The notes under the pieces are model-generated. The model made no database searches, was not told the DNA's origin, and saw only the letters and a program-made list of their open reading frames with translations. From Candidatus Omnitrophota bacterium (GTDB lineage Bacteria > Omnitrophota > Gorgyraeia > Duberdicusellales > 4484-171), in the NCBI GenBank assembly GCA_037146775.1, contig JBAWWL010000001.1:69464-133463 (forward strand): a stretch of 64,000 bases of DNA, given 5' to 3'. This document shows positions 63,701 to 64,000 of the stretch, piece after piece; the first letter of the stretch is position 1, and every line of letters begins with the position of its first letter. A program made the translations under genes and the position numbers.

Positions 63701-64000
63701 CTTATTATCCAAGGTGTACGCGAAAGATTAGCAAAGGTAAACGTAGCGGCGCCATTGTTTGTCATCGGTAATATCATCGCAACCTTTGGTTACGAAGAGC
63801 TTCTTAATCGGCAACCTTTTACAGACACAATAGCCGTGGTGGGAGAGGGTGAACAGGCGCTTGAGGCAATTGCAGAAATGGCCTTAGGGTCACAAAGCCC
63901 CCAAGGACTTACTGACTCTTCCCGTTACAAAGATATAGCTAATGTGGCAGTAAACATAGGAGGCAATATCTGCCAGTTGCATAGTGGAGTGCTGGATTTA
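2..64000 (+). CDS. Giant multidomain (poly)protein, partial at both ends, at least 21,333 aa in this window
   Basis: Frame +2 reads GLMLTLQDYFLKRAHY... at position 2 and ...GNICQLHSGVLDL at 64000. Every segment I translated was stop-free and protein-like. All + strand ORFs in the track are in frames 1 or 3, which is expected if frame +2 has no stop. Dozens of recognisable enzyme motifs all fall in frame +2. Confidence 0.96.
1208..2430 (+). other. Module: zincin-like metal-binding domain plus helical/TPR-like region
   Basis: THIG..ILYIP..VLHHDQME...EEAHQRAL is an HExxE/H-like arrangement, followed by amphipathic helices (LACLYEID..KAARHYKLAIETL). Confidence 0.3.
2561..3520 (+). other. Module: JAB/MPN (JAMM) metalloprotease-like domain
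   Basis: IEWHTHRFNKDNHLSLVD at 3224-3277 matches the JAMM HxH-x7/8-SxxD motif. Confidence 0.55.
3600..5100 (+). other. Module: two TM helices plus ~370 aa coiled coil
   Basis: Hydrophobic LWRLSLVVTIIFVPIMLSV and ILGIAIATVSIILVL, then an E/Q/R/L-rich heptad region at ~3960-5100. Confidence 0.75.
6101..6990 (+). other. Module: CheR-like class I SAM methyltransferase
   Basis: LKDIGPGRG, IYAYDV, FRYADL, SDISIFRNI (compare CheR FDxIFCRNV), SGGFLAY. Confidence 0.6.
7001..9097 (+). other. Module: B12-binding radical SAM enzyme #1
   Basis: IGISMF, VFAGGP, NGEAEE (cobalamin-binding domain); ERGCRRNPRCSFC (Cys at 7904, 7922, 7931); IEDDSF; GLESGS. Confidence 0.85.
9160..13390 (+). repeat. Three tandem modules, each HEAT/ARM-like repeats plus a conserved ~120 aa C-terminal domain (10397-10755, 12044-12403, 13025-13387)
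   Basis: DWxxIL..., LAVMLKQR(V/I)YCxDAxxRGVxPxP(V/I)LYTGI..., FxxFMDxN..FH...DPx(R/K)ExLRP occur three times. Each copy ends in an SS(A/S) linker. Confidence 0.9.
14097..14152. repeat. REP-like palindrome with a nested 21-bp palindrome insertion
   Basis: CAACCAAATC[CCTGCCTTGCCGGCAGGCAGG]CCACCTCCGGGGTGGGCTTTGGTTG. An uninterrupted homolog lies at 30145-30178. Confidence 0.85.
14750..16790 (+). other. sdaA: Module: Fe-S L-serine dehydratase (beta+alpha fused) followed by a degenerate second alpha-like copy
   Basis: GPSSSHTAGA (14792), GTGHQT..LIAGLLG, HPNT, AEENA.GHLIVGAPTGGSCGIIPAV, GGCQAEIGSATAMAAAA, LGTTCEPVEGFVEVPCIDRN. Confidence 0.9.
16862..17680 (+). other. Module: class I SAM methyltransferase, DOT1-like #1
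   Basis: GEGMYG..., MLEVGSGDG, ATGIEV, VRFLNNNF, VDFSQYSLIYY. Paralog at 50330. Confidence 0.7.
17700..18580 (+). other. Module: class I SAM methyltransferase
   Basis: AIDLGSGLG, VQGVDI, FAEGVFDIALC, RILKPGGKL. Confidence 0.85.
18842..20476 (+). other. Module: adenosine/AMP deaminase-like amidohydrolase
   Basis: WPKRERHTH (19214-19222), DGITDLELRFNP, GIDISGGE, SMHLGD, DRIGHG, VYGSDG. Confidence 0.8.
20609..21150 (+). other. Module: HATPase_c (histidine kinase-type ATPase, CheA-like lid) #1
   Basis: EVFWNAIDH (N box), NQGVGVD, VFEEHVTTK, GGLGLFL, GGTIEI. Confidence 0.85.
21200..21640 (+). other. Module: TPR repeats
   Basis: AQALCEEALELYP..FLEILAEIYYRLREY, WLARAEEKL..AQRNPSD. Confidence 0.65.
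21710..23500 (+). repeat. Internally duplicated unknown domain
   Basis: LF..(Q/E)P(Y/Q)RSIWP....LI.(D/E)TG.....KY...I..E.L.LA...KGC(V/T)DPL occurs at ~21710-22200 and ~22960-23450. Confidence 0.75.
23942..24230 (+). other. Bacterial Ig-like domain after an Ala/Pro/Val-rich spacer
   Basis: FTIIVEILDVQGNP...ITFESSDSEASYP..YYFTKQDQGQHVFSITFGTVGRQCLIIAD resembles Ig-like repeats of surface proteins. Confidence 0.6.
25750..26340 (+). other. Module: Mpv17/PMP22-like polytopic membrane domain #1
   Basis: MRLTLFGGL..GAWYWFL..WKVFLDLTLF..IP.NFF plus several TM helices. Paralog at 35070. Confidence 0.55.
26450..27010 (+). other. Module: isochorismatase/cysteine hydrolase-like
   Basis: RIVLMGGIVELCL...EVLMSLD. 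Similar motifs at 29520-30100 (FILTGGSIVCL..IVAHDC) and 57330-57935 (LYGQNTPNCM..VIEDF). Confidence 0.35.
28510..29420 (+). other. Module with C-terminal GNAT-like acetyltransferase
   Basis: YIQVSGLYRDFDVGRQLV...LKSMGF, motif A/B-like. Confidence 0.4.
30145..30178. repeat. REP-like palindrome
   Basis: AACCAAATCCCACC-CCGGA-GGTGGGCTTTGGTT imperfect inverted repeat within a linker. Confidence 0.8.
30216..30265 (+). repeat. Five-unit ACTNNNN heptamer array followed by SSP; representative of 8 copies (2514, 27603, 30216, 36726, 38148, 47478, 55152, 58191)
   Basis: ACTCACG ACTCACG ACTTATG ACTCACG ACTAAAT AAA ACT AGC TCG CCG. Confidence 0.85.
30270..31310 (+). other. Module: radical SAM enzyme
   Basis: LTYRCSFGCDDC (CxxxCxxC, 30476), VGAGET, IVTNT, VSVDYFH, LYVDPRGNV. 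Confidence 0.85.
32595..32661 (+). other. Conserved stem-loop element, copy 1
   Basis: Invariant core TACCTTTCCGTGGCTGG flanked by complementary arms TGGCCT/AGGCCA and GCGGCGGG/CCTGCCGT. Confidence 0.7.
34140..35030 (+). other. Module: calcineurin-like metallophosphoesterase (PPP Ser/Thr phosphatase type)
   Basis: VIGDVH (34157), YLGDYAD, LGNHD, CLHTG, VLGH, MID. Confidence 0.9.
35070..35700 (+). other. Module: Mpv17/PMP22-like polytopic membrane domain #2
   Basis: Homologous to 25750-26340 (YFGG.Y, SGFF, IVGG.S.G.GMY, LFGGLYLAIFV.GAW, FLD.TLFA, PQYIVLIA). Confidence 0.55.
35780..36290 (+). other. Module: possible ADP-ribosyltransferase-fold domain
   Basis: YLYR...DYS...AVIFEL...IDPRAIRRV is a loose ART/Tpt1-like pattern. 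Confidence 0.25.
36860..37850 (+). other. Module: EamA/DMT-like ~10-TM transporter domain
   Basis: About 330 aa of successive hydrophobic helices, with the DMT-like motif LALLYNGERE.W.RKIVGVSII. Confidence 0.6.
38234..39360 (+). other. Module: Hanks-type Ser/Thr kinase (atypical catalytic loop)
   Basis: LGEGSYGKV, YALK, IMDYIPG, IVIKELKPDHI, VDLE, WDIYSFGIVLFEM. Confidence 0.85.
39434..40020 (+). other. Guanylate kinase/PhnN-like P-loop domain
   Basis: VVGPSGSGKST, R.PKPGE, FVSAQEF, GNWYG. Confidence 0.8.
40034..40660 (+). other. HAD-superfamily IA hydrolase fused to the kinase domain
   Basis: LILDLNHTL, LVTT, FFD, KPDPELY, VVGDSVDKDI..AQRAG. Confidence 0.85.
40950..42120 (+). other. Module: P-loop domain plus GNAT-like acetyltransferase
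   Basis: LFGPPGSGKT; later EVHSVFV...YKFVGARLM...HLRSL..AQDFY. Confidence 0.55.
42480..43700 (+). other. Module: radical SAM enzyme
   Basis: VCSLGCEHC (42686), IGEPF, FVSNLSFA, FSWDLKH. Confidence 0.85.
44260..45090 (+). other. Module: possible GNAT-like domain
   Basis: YLTGAGQTLMAWTI...LERMGF. Confidence 0.3.
45112..45143 (+). repeat. Heptamer array CAGA(G/T/A)G(T/C) in a linker
   Basis: CAGAGGT CAGAGGC CAGATGT CAGAAGT CAGA. Confidence 0.7.
46322..47220 (+). other. Unknown ~300 aa domain, copy 1
   Basis: GI.LEC.YNWL...ILLES, FTPRIY.E.A, TWLFCN.CMG..QGF, FNL.D.E.WRR..V.LEL..L..QGF..A.EV..RLGF are shared with 59783-60670. Confidence 0.8.
47230..47527 (+). repeat. ~300-bp linker cassette (SSP, hairpin copy 2 at 47289-47359, KSPP, heptamer array, SSP)
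   Basis: Alignable over its full length with 57941-58240. Confidence 0.9.
48400..49750 (+). other. Module: zincin-like region plus CheD/CNF1-like Cys-His deamidase
   Basis: FILHEYLQ...EEEL; GLRKCTACAF...GGIAVAHY (Cys 49247, His 49295). Confidence 0.45.
50330..51078 (+). other. Module: class I SAM methyltransferase, DOT1-like #2
   Basis: NPMGEGPY, IASFL, LLEVGG, FMAH.F, ATSVEV..WCEYA, NF..VDFSKYSMVYY. Paralog of 16862. Confidence 0.7.
51900..53620 (+). other. Module: B12-binding radical SAM enzyme #2
   Basis: FCISV, IIGGP, VRGDG; YGCPHNCSFC (52532-52555); FYDDDF; AGFRMVQLGTDG. Confidence 0.88.
54290..55110 (+). other. Module: PrmA-like SAM methyltransferase
   Basis: PETT...VFIDFGAEAGILSFLAIACGASKVLSLE. 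Confidence 0.7.
55205..55720 (+). other. Module: ADP-ribosyltransferase (ART-PolyVal-like)
   Basis: LYHGT (55304), GIRLS..RDYA, V.LKNP, QGYDGVV, EVIAFHP.QI. Confidence 0.7.
56552..57305 (+). other. Module: UPF0489/arginase-fold-like metal hydrolase
   Basis: AVDHN, AHIDHKQHPD, SIDLDMF, IISP. Confidence 0.5.
57941..58240 (+). repeat. ~300-bp linker cassette (SSP, hairpin copy 3 at 57999-58069, KAPP, heptamer array, SSP)
   Basis: Homologous to 47230-47527. Confidence 0.9.
58241..58900 (+). other. Module: class I SAM methyltransferase
   Basis: FLEIGSG, VYAIDP, SFNMIY, FLAPGGTL. Confidence 0.8.
58990..59520 (+). other. Module: M23 (LytM-type) peptidoglycan endopeptidase
   Basis: HTGLD (59123-59137), VRAIAEGTV, VVVDHG, YMH, GDVIG, HLHLE (59354). 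Confidence 0.92.
59606..59636 (+). repeat. Heptamer array GTCNNNN in a linker
   Basis: GTCTGTA GTCAACG GTCTACA GTCAACG GTC. Confidence 0.7.
59783..60670 (+). other. Unknown ~300 aa domain, copy 2
   Basis: Homologous to 46322-47220, including WLFCNMCMG. Confidence 0.8.
60860..61470 (+). other. Module: HATPase_c #2
   Basis: IIVNSVDA, TDNGVGIS, FSTK, GQRGGG, GTKVTL. Confidence 0.8.
61745..62630 (+). other. Module: RmlD-like (dTDP-4-dehydrorhamnose reductase) extended SDR
   Basis: VIGASGFLG, LDVTD, RPAVVIYAA, IYFSTSQVYSG..PY...DP.DPINQRGKIK. Confidence 0.85.
62780..63180 (+). other. Module: transglutaminase/papain-like Cys-His-Asp domain
   Basis: GEC (62855)...GHAWVE (62978)...WLSDGTISQY (63026). 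Confidence 0.65.
63374..64000 (+). other. Module: cobalamin-binding domain, probably the start of B12 radical SAM #3 (truncated by the window end)
   Basis: VTLVN, LAIKTLTGYL, VRMLD, VVGLSM, VIGN..AT, VVGEGE. Confidence 0.8.

Noticed and set aside
1-64000. Alternative genetic code (stop reassignment) or non-coding/pseudogenised DNA as the reason for no long ORFs
   Set aside because: Frame +2 is open under the standard code with no TAA/TAG/TGA seen. The ORF caller missed it because there is no stop in the window.
2-64000. NRPS/PKS megasynthase or repetitive adhesin (RTX/Bap)
   Set aside because: No A/C/KS/ACP motifs or long tandem Ig/RTX arrays were seen; only one Ig-like domain.

Overview
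The whole 64 kb window appears to be the interior of one giant gene. Reading frame +2 (positions 2..64000, 21,333 codons) is open from the first to the last codon, with no stop, and the gene's true start and stop both lie outside the window. This explains why the ORF track lists only short shadow ORFs and none in frame +2. My manual translation covered both ends and nearly all module boundaries and motifs, but not every codon. The product is a string of about 50 modules, mostly 150-700 aa: radical SAM enzymes (some B12-binding), SAM methyltransferases, L-serine dehydratase, adenosine deaminase, HATPase_c, Ser/Thr kinase, PPP phosphatase, guanylate kinase+HAD, ART, JAB, CheD-like, transglutaminase-like, M23 peptidase, RmlD-like, EamA- and Mpv17-like membrane domains, HEAT repeats and unknown domains. 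Almost every module is bounded by a recurring (A/V/T/S)-S-S-(P/A/S) motif. The linkers also carry RGPP/RAPP-type tetrapeptides, a three-copy covarying RNA hairpin, fixed-length heptamer arrays and frame-preserving REP-like palindromes. The architecture resembles giant genes reported from Omnitrophota (OP3), although the taxon is my inference. The most interesting reading is a bacterial polyprotein that is processed at SS[P/A/S] into an enzyme/effector cocktail. Domain calls are from motif recognition only, no database searches were run, and domain boundaries are approximate.
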